Shown here: piece by piece, positions 39,067 to 51,821 of the stretch | Position numbering within the stretch: the stretch's first letter is position 1 | Layout of the letters: each line of letters begins with the position of its first letter | NCBI RefSeq assembly: GCF_004010195.1 | Contig: NC_057711.1 | Span: 72,003,081 to 72,067,080 of the forward strand | Reading direction: 5' to 3' | DNA from: Chiloscyllium plagiosum | Taxonomy: Eukaryota | Length of the DNA: 64,000 nt | The notes under the pieces: model-generated | What the model saw: only the letters and a program-made list of their open reading frames with translations | What the model was told of the DNA's origin: nothing | Databases searched by the model: none | Made by a program: the position numbers and the translations under genes

Positions 39067-39364
39067 GATAATTCAGAAATAAAATATTCCAAGAACGTTG
39101 TAATAGCCTAATGTCTTAAATGATGATCTAATGGTAAATATCACCATTTATTTTAGGCTGGTACAAATCACGCATTCACATGACCATTGTAAGCTTGTGA
39201 ATAGCTCTGAATCACAGTCCAATGTATGTGACTGTTTATGCAAAATGTGACAAAACTCTGGCAGATATCAGAGTAATACAGCATTTTTAAAAATTCTTTA
39301 GTATGTGCAGTCACCTTGGGTATGGGGCTGGAAAAGCACCACACTATTTTCACCAGTTTGATTT

Positions 39365-39492
39365 ATAGAGTCATAAAGTCATTAAGATGTACAGCACGGA
39401 AACAGACCCTTCGTCCAACCCATCCATGCCGACCAGATATCCTAAACTAATCCAATCCTATTTGCCAGCATTTGGCCCATATCCCTCTAAAC
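39365..39492 (-). mobile_element. CR1 3' UTR tail
   Basis: atagagtcataaagtc...gatgtacagcacggaaacagacccttcg. Confidence 0.85.
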
Positions 39493-40589
39493 TCAACACT
39501 ATGATGCCTTTTACCCAGTCCATCCAAAAAGCCTTAATGCCACTGGGAACCAGAAATCTTTCCAAATCTACTTTAATAATATTCTTTAAACAGACTGAGA
39601 TTCCACAGGCCTTGTTATTTTGAAGCTTGGGCACTTACTTTGAACTTCATTTTGAGTTCTCTCCACAAAGGCAGGTCCAACCCACAGTGTGAAATCTCAA
39701 CTATGGGTAGGACAAGGAAGCAAGCCCAAAGTCAATCTCATGAGGACCAAACTCAGTGCTGTTGGCATTAATCTGATTTATATAAGCCATCCAATCAATT
39801 AAGCTAGCCAGTCTGCCTTGAAGTTGGCATGCTGTAGCAAGGTACACTTCTAGATGTAACTTGAAGCCTGGAGCAATGGATAATGATGGCAGAGGCTCCA
39901 ATGTTTTTCCTTCACAATCCATCACACAACTGACCTGGAATTTCTCCTCTTCTCACTGTCTATCAGTGTCATATGTTGAAAGGGTTTGCAAGTTGATATT
40001 CAACTGTTTCATTACATTATGAATACACCTTCCTTGGCCTTCAAGTCCTATCCATCCAATTGCAGTTTTCATTCCAGATAACAGCCTCAATAACCTTTAA
40101 CTGAAAACCTTTGGAGTTATCAAATCACCCGTTGTGGGTATCCAGAAAATCAACCAAACATCTATCCTAAGATAAGTCATACAAATGACTTGAACCAAGT
40201 GCTTCTGGTTCAGAGAGGGGGATGCCATTCCATTCCACCCCAAGACCTGCTGCTAATTGGAGCTAACGCTTGCATGAATCATTCCACATTATGCACATGG
40301 TGTGTAATATTTGACTTACCTTCGAACTTCATTAGAATCTAAGCTAAACTCTTAGCCAAAGACTATCGGAATTATTTCTTTCATTCTTCCAGTAATATGT
40401 GGTTTCAGGGCATAATGTGGATATCAATGAGTAGGAAATGGTTGGAGAGTTTATTTCATAGCATTTCTACCTATTTTTCTATCCACCCAATAGCAGTTTT
40501 GCTCCATCCAGTTAACAGCTTCAATAACCTTTTACTGATAAATATTACAGTTATCCAATCACTCACTGGGGGCATCAAGAGAGTAAACT

Positions 40590-40900
40590 TAACCAGGGAC
40601 CCAGGTTTGATTCCAATCTCATGTCTGTGTGGAGTTTACACGTTCTCCCCATGCCTGCGTGGGTTTGCTCTAGGTTCTCCAATTTCCACCCACAATCCAA
40701 AGATGTGCAGGTTAGGTGGACTGGCCTGGCTAAATTGCCCATAATGTCCAGAGAAGCACAGGCTAAGTGGATTAGCCATGAGAAATGTAGCATTACAGGG
40801 ATAAGATGGGAGGATGGGTCTAGGTGGGATGCTCTTCGGAGGGTTAGTGGGGACTCAATGTCTGAATGGCCTGCTTCTTCACTGTAGGGATTCTATGATC
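40590..40900 (+). mobile_element. tRNA-derived SINE (HE1-like), head partly lost
   Basis: ccagggacccaggtttgattcc, gatgtgcaggttaggtgga, tail ctgtagggattctatga. Confidence 0.85.
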
Positions 40901-41984
40901 TATCCCAAGATAAGTCACGCAAGTGACCAATACCTGATTTATTAGAGCATATCATGTGACCTCCTGGCCTATGGTCAACAATGGCATTAGAAAGCTGACA
41001 AATTGTCTCAAACTATAGGATTCCATAAAATGGTGGGAATATAGATGATATACAGACATTGTCTGAAGTACTCACTTATACAATGCACTACCTGTATGAA
41101 TAAGAAAGTATTTCATTCTCTTATGTCAAGCTTATTTACAATTATCAGCATCACTCCATACAATTCATGTTGGCATCCAATTCTGCGACCTTCATTTTAA
41201 AGGATTATTTGATCTAGAAAGACAAGTCTCAAAGTGGCTCCAAAACTGAGGCTTGATGCTGAGAAATAATCCTGCCAAATTATGTCACATGCGATTCAGA
41301 TCCTATGCAGATCTCAAATATGTTTTCCAAAAAGTAAGTTCTTCCAAAATGTAAGTTTCTCCTCATTTGCCTGCTCCTATACTAACATACAATCTATACA
41401 CGAGCCATACACTCCCCTCTGTCTGTCTGTCTGTCTCTCTAGATGCCACTTGGAATGAATGAAACTAAGCTGGTGCTTGGCAGCAAGAGTAAGAGAGTGA
41501 GTGGAACTTGTTGGGCTCTATGAATTAGGGCTTTGCTCACTTTTATCTGACATAACTCAAGAAAACAGTGAGGAGGCTAGCTTTCAGCGGTGAGCAGCCT
41601 TTATGTCTAGCTTTCAGAAACAGTGACATATGTCAAATGTTTCAATGTATGCTTACCAGAAGTAAGTGAATGGGAGAACAGGATGGAAAAATGAATAACA
41701 AGTCGCTGCTGAGCCGTAAGCTGTCAGCTGTCCATCCCATCTTCAGGTGCCTCCATAGCCTTCTTTAATAGGATCTCAAGAGGGTTTTCTTTTATGGGGT
41801 TGCTGTTTTTTTAAGTCTTCAAATAGCGAAAAATATAAGAAGTACCAGTTCATAAGATATCAATAAAACAATAGGTAGATATCAGCATGTTATCCACAGT
41901 GAGTGTGATGATAAATTCATGCAACACTGAGCTACATTGGAATAAATTGATTTTCTAAATTATTTCAAAGAACATGAGCACCAT

Positions 41985-42290
41985 TAGAATTTTTTTGCCA
42001 AATTGCCCTTGAGAAGGTGGTGATGAGCTAACTTTGTGCATTGCTGCAGTTAATGTGGTGCAGGTACTCTCACAGTGTTAATGAGAAGAAATTGTTAGGT
42101 TTGACCCAACTATAGTAAAGGAACAGCAATATAGTTCCAAGTCAGATGAGTGTGTGGTTTGAAGGAGTACTTGCAGATAATGTTGTTTCTTTGCGTCTTT
42201 TGCTCTTGTTCTTTTAGTTGGTCGAGGTTGTGAGTTTGGAAGGTGCTGTTGAAGGAGGTTTGATGAGTTGCTGACATGAATCTTGTAGAT
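41985..42290 (-). mobile_element. LINE 3' fragment of the same family as 50205-50598
   Basis: aattgcccttgagaaggtggtgatgagc...ggaacagcaatatagttccaagtcag...tgtgagtttggaaggtgctg; clade assignment tentative. Confidence 0.55.
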
Positions 42291-42791
42291 CATAATTATA
42301 GGAGACAAAAATACCTTGTACACAATATTAATGGAGGTTCTTTATCAATTCTCCTACTTTGGCTTACCTGGCAAAACCTTTGAACACTTCCGTGAGCTTC
42401 CACATATATAATGTGAGGAAAAAGGCATTGATACTAGTGGTTGTCAACTCCCATTCTACTCAGATGCCTGTCTTGGGGGTCTTTGGTGTATAGTTCCAAA
42501 ATGAAACACAGTCTTGCTCTATCCAAAGATTTGTCTAATGAGAGAACCTAGGCTTTGTTTCTTATTATCAATGCAGTGCAAGCTAAAAATATTATCACAT
42601 TGGAACACAAGTGAAGACTGGTTTAGCATAATAAAAACTCAACTGACATGCATTTCAACAAATTGTCCATCTTCAGCAGTCCCAATATATTGTTTGATAT
42701 GTCTATTATTTAACAGAGAGCTCAAGTAAATTGTCCAGGCAGGTGAAGGTTCAGTCACTAGTCTTTACTGAGTTAGCTGAAAGGAAAGGTC

Positions 42792-42895
42792 AAAGTTAAA
42801 AATCACACAACACCAGATTATAGTACAACAGGTTAACTTAGAAGCACTAGCTTTCAGAGCATTGCTCCTTCATCAGGTGGTTGTGGAGTATAAAA
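42792..42895 (-). mobile_element. Solo Penelope pLTR terminus
   Basis: aaaaatcacacaacaccagattatagtacaacagg followed by a hammerhead motif. Confidence 0.8.
42845..42879 (-). ncRNA. Minimal type I hammerhead ribozyme motif
   Basis: Minus strand: cac-CTGATGA-a-ggagc(aat)gctct-GAAA-g-CTA-gtg; stem I cac/gtg, 5-bp stem II, palindromic AGCT in the stem III region. Confidence 0.8.
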
Positions 42896-45800
42896 TTGGA
42901 ATATAAGAAAGGAATGATGGTCAAGTTGGCAACCCTCTGAACTTGTGAGGGGAAAAATAAGGCAACTTGGAGGCTCCTGAGCACTATTCAGTGAAACCTT
43001 TTGGAAAAATGACCAAGTTTTGATGTGAAATGAGGTTTGGATAATTTCCACTTCAGAGCTCTCCCACTGGTTGAACACCATGCCAACAATCATTGCTCAG
43101 GCTCGTATACGAAAGTAGACATTGGTGAGACTTTAAAGGATTCAAAGTGTCTGTGCAAATATAAGTTATAAGTTAGCATCTTCAGGATAGGAGGGGTGAA
43201 AAACTAGAAGGGAAAATTCCAAACCATCCATTCATTCTAAATGTTCAATAACCTTCTGAGAAATGACAGATGTTGCTGAGCGAATTCCATAACCGCACCC
43301 TACCATTCACAATAATGAAGACCTTCAAACAGCATTGTGTGAAAGAATATGTACAAAAAGGATCAAAAAATTATTTTTGTTGCTTAATTGCATTGTACTG
43401 CATTAATCACAGGCACAATAGAATAAAACACACGTGTACCAATTAGAATCCTGGCAGCACATGAGCTCAGAGGAAAGCAGTTCAGTTTATAACAGCCTTT
43501 CACAAACACGTCAAGAGTAATTTTATTACCAACTGAGCTTCAGCAGCTTAAATTAATTAATTCTAGACATTTCAAAACAATCAAGGTCACTGTTGAATGA
43601 TTTTAAACAATTACAGCCCAATGCGAGGTAATTTTACTTGGATACATTTCGGATAAGCAGTTTCTATAGACAATTTTAAAATAACTGAGATAAAATTTCA
43701 TTTTTTAAAGAATGTGTAGATTCTTTTTCAGCATTCTTGTTCACAGAACAACTAATCCAAATCAATTCATCACAGCCTGACCACCACAGGAAACATTTTG
43801 AATCTGCTTCAATCTGAACAAGGGAACTGAGTCCAATCCAAACAGAAAACTGATTAAAAGGAATGTTCAGGGAAATTGGCTTTAATCTGTCAATAAACAA
43901 CTCCTTCTTGTAGATTTTTTTGAAGCGATCTTGGGTACAAAATTGGGACATGTTTCATTTTCTTTCACAGGTTCGCAAAAGAAAACATTCATTAAATAAA
44001 TTATACATCTGTGCCCTTGACTTGTTATTCCATTAATCACGCAGTTACAAACCTATAAGGATTACTTGCAAATGAAATCACAGTATGCTATATCAAGTTG
44101 ATATTCAATCTTAAAGTATAATGATTACTGACTACAGTAAATGTGTTGTTTATAGTTAGGTGTAAATAAATACCTATAAAGAACTCCACTGTAATTGACA
44201 ATTCTGTTTCATTTGTTTAAATTATTATTACATAGCCCTCTTCCTTAGATAGCAATGAAAATCAAATATGCTTGGGTAGCATAACACACTGAAGGACACA
44301 ATGGAGTGCAGAACATTTAGATGTGACACATTTTAATTGGAATGTGTCACTTTTCTTTAACTACTGCACTCCACTTCACTGAAGGCTTTTGAAGGAGGTG
44401 TTTGTAACGCATCCCTGTTGTAGTAAGTTTTCACAGGAGGGTTCCTGCTTGTAAAGGTTAACTGTGTAGAAATCAAGGCTTTGTGCATTTTTTTGGAAAG
44501 GTCACACTCATCAACATTACCGTAGAGACTGCTGGGGAGGGCTATGGTAACTACTCAATGATTGCAATATGCTGTAGCTTTCAATTCCTCCACTAATGCC
44601 ACCTCAATCACTATCAGTGTCACCAAGGAATAAGCTGTAACTGAAGAACCTGCATACTCACTTGAAATTCAATTTGTACCTGACTTGAATCTCTTCCACT
44701 TTTTTTTGTTTAGTGCCTAGAAGCAATTTCAATGGCTTCTGTGTGAAAAGCGCAGAGCATCAACCAGTAGCTTAATAAATGGGATACATTTTGATTAATT
44801 TAACACATTTGGAGGAAAAAAAACAACGATGTAATTCATATTCCAGCAAAGAACAGTGAGCTTTTTAGACATCTGAATAAAAAAAATCAAGCTAGTGGAA
44901 TGTACTCAAGAACTATGAGGGAATATTAAAGTATTTATCTAAAAAATTTCACCATATTGAATATTAATGCACTATACCATCAAGAATTTGATTAATCTTT
45001 CATATACTTTAAATATTTTAAACCTTAGTCTTTGTTAAAATGCAACTCATTCTTACTTTTTAAAATTATTTTTTCAAATTTTCTCCCTTTTTTATTCATT
45101 TTCAGAAATGAATGCGATTAAGAAAGCCAACATTTATTGCCTCTCGCTAGTTGCCATGAAAATGTGATGATGGTGCTCCTTTTGAATGAGTCCCAAAGTG
45201 GTTTGATCCTCCAGGCAATGGTCACCGCCAGATAACTCATCCCTCTATCAGTCATTCACATCTGAGCCTTTATAGTAATTATCAGCAGATTATCCACTGT
45301 GGAGGTTACCTTAGCTGGACACTCACCTGCAGGTCTTATCAATGTGGGATAATGTAACACCAAAAAGAGCGTGAATTTAATTCCTTAGTTAAACAGATAA
45401 TTTGGAGATTATTGTCGAATCTGTATTCAGTTAAACCAGTTTGAACGAGGAGATGAATTGAAGAGTCTTTCTGGTATCTGTACTTAAAAGGTGAAGATGA
45501 CTTCATAATGAATAAGATGTAAGGTGGCTTAAATAATGGGCAGACTCTTAACAGTTTTTGGCAGAATGACACAGCTCAGTCTGTAGACCTTCCCTGCTGC
45601 CAACTCACTCATTCAGGAAATCTCGCCACCTGACCAATGGGAATAGCCGTGCCACACACTTTCATCTTCCATAATAGCTACCTCTCACTCTTTCCAGGGG
45701 CAAAGCAACCTGCAGCAGGATAGAAAGAGTCAAGATGGGTGATGTGCTGCCTAACGTTCAGCTCCTTACATGTAATGAACAGCTGATCCTGTCTCTGACT

Positions 45801-46370
45801 GCACTGAGCAGGGTCTGGACTGGTATTAGAGGCAGTGCTTGACTTGCTGTGCTAGGACCCTGAATAAGGGCTATCTCCTTTGACTGGACTGAGGCCTGCT
45901 GGCAATCGTGATAAGCTTCCTGGCTTTGTGTCTGTGCTAAGTAGCACAGCTAGACAATGGTAATAGGAGCCAAGCATCTTTCGCTGAGGGGGAAAAGTGC
46001 AAAAATGCAAGGCAATACAAAGCAGGGATGCTGTGAACATCCAAGAAGGCTCAGGGTGAGTAAGTGCTATTACAGTACGCAGTTGCAACCTGTTCCTGTC
46101 CATGAGCGGGGTTCAGGTCTCTGAGAACACAGTATCATTGTAGCAGCATTATAGTGATAATGAAGTGCAGAAGTGTACTGTAAGTAGATCAGAGATGCAC
46201 GACAAGAGTTCATAGAGGCTGCAACATGTTGGATACCAATGTCTGTGACAGTGGGGGTTTAATGGCCAGCAACTGTGGACCATGCCTGAGACGGTGCCTG
46301 GTATCCAATGTAAAGGTCGTTTGAGCGAGCTGCAAGTTGAAACCATCAAGAAGTCACTCTGGCTTCCATG

Positions 46371-46602
46371 GCAGAAGTGAGTACTACAGATGCTGGAGAT
46401 TAGAGTCAAGATTAGAGTGATGCTGGAAAAGCACAGCTGGTCAGGCAGCATCCGAGGAGCAGGAAAATTGATGTTTCGGGCAAAAGCCCTTCACCAGGAA
46501 TGATCACCATTCCTGATGAAGGACTTTTGCCCAAAACATTAATTTTCCTGCTCCTTGGATGCTGCCTTACCTGCTGTAAATTCTAGCACCACTCTAATCT
46601 TG
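46371..46602 (-). mobile_element. Penelope-derived hairpin element, copy 3
   Basis: Inverted arms around the apex ggaatg-atcac-cattcc (~46497-46513); perfect 15-bp TSD actctggcttccatg at 46356-46370 and 46603-46617. Confidence 0.92.
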
Positions 46603-47037
46603 ACTCTGGCTTCCATGTCAAGTTTTCCCAACAGTGTGTCTGGCTAGCAAGTTTAGTCAGATCACAACCTGTGTTGCGTTTGACTGTTAACAAGCAGCTT
46701 CACAAGCAATAAAGGGTGTCAATCAGGAACTTGTAATGCTTCTTGACCAAAGTGTGAAAGTTGCAGTGATGTCATCAAGATGTCATCTTGCCCAAGTCAG
46801 CCATGCATTGAACTATCATCCACATCTCTCAGAGCCTGGTAAGATTCAATTCAATGAGTCTGGGTTGCCATTGAAGGTGAGTGAAGAAAATTTGTTGAAG
46901 ATTTCTGAATTCCTATGGATATATGTTTGGCTTTATGTGTTATGCGGTCAGGTGATGAAAGGAAGGAAAGAATTGCAGAGTTAATTTGGGAGAAAACAGA
47001 GCAAACACATAATGGGTCTTATCATTCTCTTTAATAG

Positions 47038-47372
47038 GAGGTGATGGCCTAGTGGTATTATCGCTAGACTGTTAAAAACAGAGACCCAGGTAATGTTCTG
47101 GGGACCTGGGTTTGAATCCTGCCATGGCAGATGGTGGAATTTGATTTCAAAAATAATCTGTAAGAGTCTAATGAAAACCATTAAATCATTGTTGGTTGTA
47201 AGGAATAGCCTATTCTGGTTCACTAATGTCCTTTATGGAAGGAAGTCTGCCAACCTTACCTGGTTTGGCCTACATGTGACTCTCGACTTTTAACTGCCCT
47301 CTGGGCAATTAGATCTAGGTAATAAAATCTGGCCCAGCTAGTGATGCCCACATGCTGTGAATGAATAGAAAA
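47038..47372 (+). mobile_element. Second tRNA-derived SINE family
   Basis: A box tggcctagtgg, B box gggtttgaatcc, tail gatgcccacat..tgaatgaatagaaaa; homologous to 58983-59313. Confidence 0.8.
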
Positions 47373-49099
47373 TAACCGAAGTACATTACATAACAAAAGC
47401 TGTACCAATGCTGCTGAGACATCTCTATTCACCATATCATACAATATGACTGGCACTAGGCAAAATACACAAAGGTAAATATTTATTTAACATACTAATC
47501 AAGATGGTTTACAGGTCTGAGACACTGAAACACCTATAGACACAAGTTTTCCTTTCCACTCAGTTGGTGCAGATCTACGAAACAATTAAAATGGCTCTTC
47601 ACATTTATACACTTGTCCTGTATTTCTCCCATTGTCGATATTTTTAACCAACCTGTTCAGAAGTATTATAACATTCCTTTAGAGCAGGTGGGACTTGAAT
47701 TCAGGCCTTCTGACTGAGAGGTAGGGATACTGCCACTGCACCACAACAGCCCCTTTTTACCAATCGTACACAGAGGCCTTTTGACTTTCCACGAGGGTAT
47801 CTTAATGAGTCTGAGTCCTCTCTTTCATAATCTGTGGTTCACACGCATACCTTTCTGACACTGGCAAATCACTACTGATCAGCTGGAAAAATGGATATAA
47901 CCTCCCTCCACTTAATGAATGGCTTTGTGGAGAATAGGAAAACTTAAACTGCTGCCTAGGTGAGATGAGGTAACATAGCCGGGAAGTTGAAACTCAATGT
48001 TTTTTGCTCTGAATGGTTCAGTCACTCATAAATTTACTGAGTGATTAGATATGCATCAGGATCCACCCTTGTTATTCAAAGCAATCTGAAGTAGGGATGG
48101 GGTTGAGGTTAGTGGAATTTAAGTGCATGATTATTTTGGAATAAGTGCTATCGTCATGCTTGATTTCTCCCATGTTGTAATAAAACAACCTGCATAAACA
48201 CACTATTCATTACTACACAGAGCAAGAAGATTGAAGACCTGATGATTCAGACAAGATGGTTGAGTTACCTTGGAAATTAGCAGAAATTAGGTGAAGATTG
48301 GGAAACACTAATCTGCATGAGTTTGAGAATTATAACAGTTGCTGGACGCTCCATATTTGTTGAGAAGTTCTTTGAGTCACGGAGATACTTTTTTTCCCTT
48401 GCATTTTTCAAGTAAAATCTTTACTTGCTTAAACCACACAGGCTTGAGATGAATTTGTTTAACAACACTATGTGTTAATTAAAATATTTACTGCGTTGTC
48501 ATAAAATTTTGTCTTAAGTAACAAGTAGGAAGCTTTTCATAAATTTTAGTGACTTGTATATTCCTTTTAATACTCTTTAAAATCTTATCATGAACAGGCA
48601 TAAAGATAAAATTCTCAGCTAGACTGAGCAGAATACTAAACACTGGGTTAGCAACTATTTTCTGCAAAATAAAAATGTCCCCAACAGAGTTTGCATCTGC
48701 ACAACGGATCAATATCTCACACTCATCGATTTTTCTGTGGGAGAAGGAGGATTATATAGAATTTTAAATTGCATTCTCTAGTTTAGCTAGCCTGATTTCC
48801 TTCTTAGTGTTAAGCAATCAACTCATTGCACTGAAAACATAAGATTATTAATGAGAGAAAAAAATGATGAGAATGCACGGCCTAGGCAAGAGACTAAATC
48901 TATGTGCTAAAAGTAAGTAAGCTTCTCACCTTTCAATATGCCTTTTGAAAGCATGTGTTTAAGAAACAATTAACATGTTGTGGACTGTACCTCAAAATGA
49001 TTTCTCATTTTATTTCACTCAACACAAATACAGCAGGATAGTGTATTGCTCGCACAAAATAAGGTAAACAAAAGATGCTCTGAATGTAATTTCCTTTGT

Positions 49100-49415
49100 T
49101 CTGTCATGGAATGTGGATGTTATTTGTATGATCTGTCTTTATTGCCTATCCCTATTGGCCCTTGAACTGAGTAGCTATTCATGGATGTGGGTTTGAAGTC
49201 ACAAATAGGCCAGATCAGGTAAGGACAGCAGATTAGTGATCCATTTGCATATATAAACAATCAGTGATAGCTGTCAACATTATTGATACAACTTCATATT
49301 TAAAATGTATTAATTGAATTTAAATTCCACTTAGTGTTGGAGTGGGATGTGAGCATGAGGTTGGCCTTCTTAATTACTGGTCTGGGGATATTACCACAAT
49401 GCTGTCACTTCTGCC
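49100..49415 (-). mobile_element. Second SINE family, decayed
   Basis: Reverse-complement similarity to 47038-47372 (tttattgcctatccctattg, gtcacaaataggccagatcaggtaagg). Confidence 0.6.
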
Positions 49416-49620
49416 CACCCACAGATCAAATACTACAGGACTTAAACTTGCAATCTTTTGGAAATGTTGTGATTGATTCATGCTAAACACAGATCCACGA
49501 TAAGAGTAATAGTGAGAGAGCTTGTTGGACTATTAGTCTGAATGATGAAAAGCTGTAACTGCAATGAAGACTAGCAGTCAATAAAGGGATTCTATTCAGA
49601 AAATTATCCCGGACTAACAC

Positions 49621-49888
49621 GGGTGGCACGGTGGCACAGTGGCACAGTGGTTAGCACTGCTGCCTCACAGCGCCAGAGACCCAAGTTCAATTCCTGCCTC
49701 AGGCGACCGACTGTGTGAAGTTTTTTCCGGGTGCTCTGGTTTCCTCCAACAGTCCAAAAACGTGCAGGTTAGGTGAATTGGCCATGCTAAACTGCCTGTA
49801 GTGTTAGTTGACGGGGTAAATGTAGGGGAATGGGTCATTGTGGACTTGTTGGGCTGAAGGGCCTGCTTCCACACTGTAAGTAATCTAA
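49621..49888 (+). mobile_element. tRNA-derived SINE (HE1-like)
   Basis: ggcacggtggcacagtggcacagtggttagc (duplicated A-box segment), B box agttcaattcc, taagtaatct tail; ctaaca on both sides. Confidence 0.9.
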
Positions 49889-50598
49889 CAACGCCTAATA
49901 TAAATAATCAAAGCTTCAAAGTTCTCATAAAAGTATATTGTGCCTAACATATCAAATGTGTTTATGAATTCACGTCCTTTGCCATTTCATGAAGGTAATT
50001 TTTGAATGAGAAGCACAATGGAAGCAAACAGTTCTTATTTTTTTTGTTTCAAAAGGAGGTATTGGTAGATGTCCTTGTCATCTGCCATAGAGAAGATCAT
50101 TGCAAGGATCTTCTTCAGTCATTTCCTTCTAGTGTCCAAGGGTCTCCTTTCAAAGTCAGAGTGTGGGGGTTTGCCCATTGAGAGGCACCGCAGACATGAT
50201 TTTTTACTTTTGTATGAGAAGTAGGCATTGCTGGCAAGGTGAGCATGTGTAGCCCATCCAAAGACTCCCTTGAATTGATTAGTTCTGCATTGTAGAGGGC
50301 AGTGTCAAAATTGCAAGCAACAGCATCAACAATCATTTACCATGTCTTGGTAGACGCTGCTGTGACTGGGCATCGGTGGTGGAGGGAATGAATGTTTGAG
50401 ATGTGGTCCCAATAAAGTGGATTGCTTTTTCCTGGCTGGTGACAAACTCTTTATTGGAGCTGCACTTATCCATGAAAGTGGGAAGTATTCCATAGTCTTA
50501 ACTGGCACCTTGTAGTTGTTGGACAGGCTTTGTTGAGTTGGGTGAGTAACTCACTGCAGACCTCCTAGCCTCTGACCTTTCTTGTAATTGCATTTATA

Positions 50599-51821
50599 AA
50601 GTCATAGAGATGTACAGCATGGAAACAGACCCTTCGGTCCAACCCGTCCATGCCGACCAGATATCCCAACCCAATCTAGTCCCATCTGCCAGCACCCGGC
50701 CCATATCCCTCCAAACCCTTCCTATTCATATACCCATCCAAATGCCTCTTAAAGGTTGCAATTGTACCAGCCTCCACCACATCCTCTAGCAGCTCATTCC
50801 ATAAATGTACCATCCTCTGCGTGAAAACGTTGCCCCTTTGGTCTCTTTTATATCTTTCCCCTCTCACCCTAAACCTATGCCCTCTAGTTCTGGACTCCTC
50901 AACCCCAGGGAAAAGACTTTGTCTATTTATCCTATCCATGCCCCNNNNNNNNNNNNNNNNNNNNNNNNNNNNNNNNNNNNNNNNNNNNNNNNNNNNNNNN
51001 NNNNNNNNNNNNNNNNNNNNNNNNNNNNNNNNNNNNNNNNNNNNNNNNNNNNNNNNNNNNNNNNNNNNNNNNNNNNNNNNNNNNNNNNNNNNNNNNNNNN
51101 NNNNNNNNNNNNNNNNNNNNNNNNNNNNNNNNNNNNNNNNNNNNNNNNNNNNNNNNNNNNNNNNNNNNNNNNNNNNNNNNNNNNNNNNNNNNNNNNNNNN
51201 NNNNNNNNNNNNNNNNNNNNNNNNNNNNNNNNNNNNNNNNNNNNNNNNNNNNNNNNNNNNNNNNNNNNNNNNNNNNNNNNNNNNNNNNNNNNNNNNNNNN
51301 NNNNNNNNNNNNNNNNNNNNNNNNNNNNNNNNNNNNNNNNNNNNNNNNNNNNNNNNNNNNNNNNNNNNNNNNNNNNNNNNNNNNNNNNNNNNNNNNNNNN
51401 NNNNNNNNNNNNNNNNNNNNNNNNNNNNNNNNNNNNNNNNNNNNNNNNNNNNNNNNNNNNNNNNNNNNNNNNNNNNNNNNNNNNNNNNNNNNNNNNNNNN
51501 NNNNNNNNNNNNNNNNNNNNNNNNNNNNNNNNNNNNNNNNNNNNNNNNNNNNNNNNNNNNNNNNNNNNNNNNNNNNNNNNNNNNNNNNNNNNNNNNNNNN
51601 NNNNNNNNNNNNNNNNNNNNNNNNNNNNNNNNNNNNNNNNNNNNNNNNNNNNNNNNNNNNNNNNNNNNNNNNNNNNNNNNTCTCTCAGGATTCCCTCCAA
51701 CAACTTGCCCACCACTGAGGTCAGGCTCACTGGTCTATGGTTCCCTGGCTTGTCTTTACCGCCCTTCTTAAACAGTGGCACCATGTTTGCCAGCCTCCAG
51801 TCTTCCGGCACCTCACCTGTG
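50599..51821 (-). mobile_element. Young CR1 LINE, 5'-truncated, gap-interrupted, inserted in an older LINE fragment (~50205-51885)
   Basis: Reverse complement of 481-620 and 1600-1950; PEDWRLANMVPLFKKG; 9-bp TSD gcatttata at 50590-50598 and 51822-51830. Confidence 0.95.
50945..51680. other. Assembly gap (N run)
   Basis: Run of n inside a CR1 copy. Confidence 1.

Noticed and set aside
43950..44035. Acceptor-like tttctttcacag followed by a short frame
   Set aside because: No partner exon or recognisable protein; such motifs are common in AT-rich DNA
45570..46980. Possible decayed element hosting hairpin copy 3
   Set aside because: No convincing motif or second copy in the window
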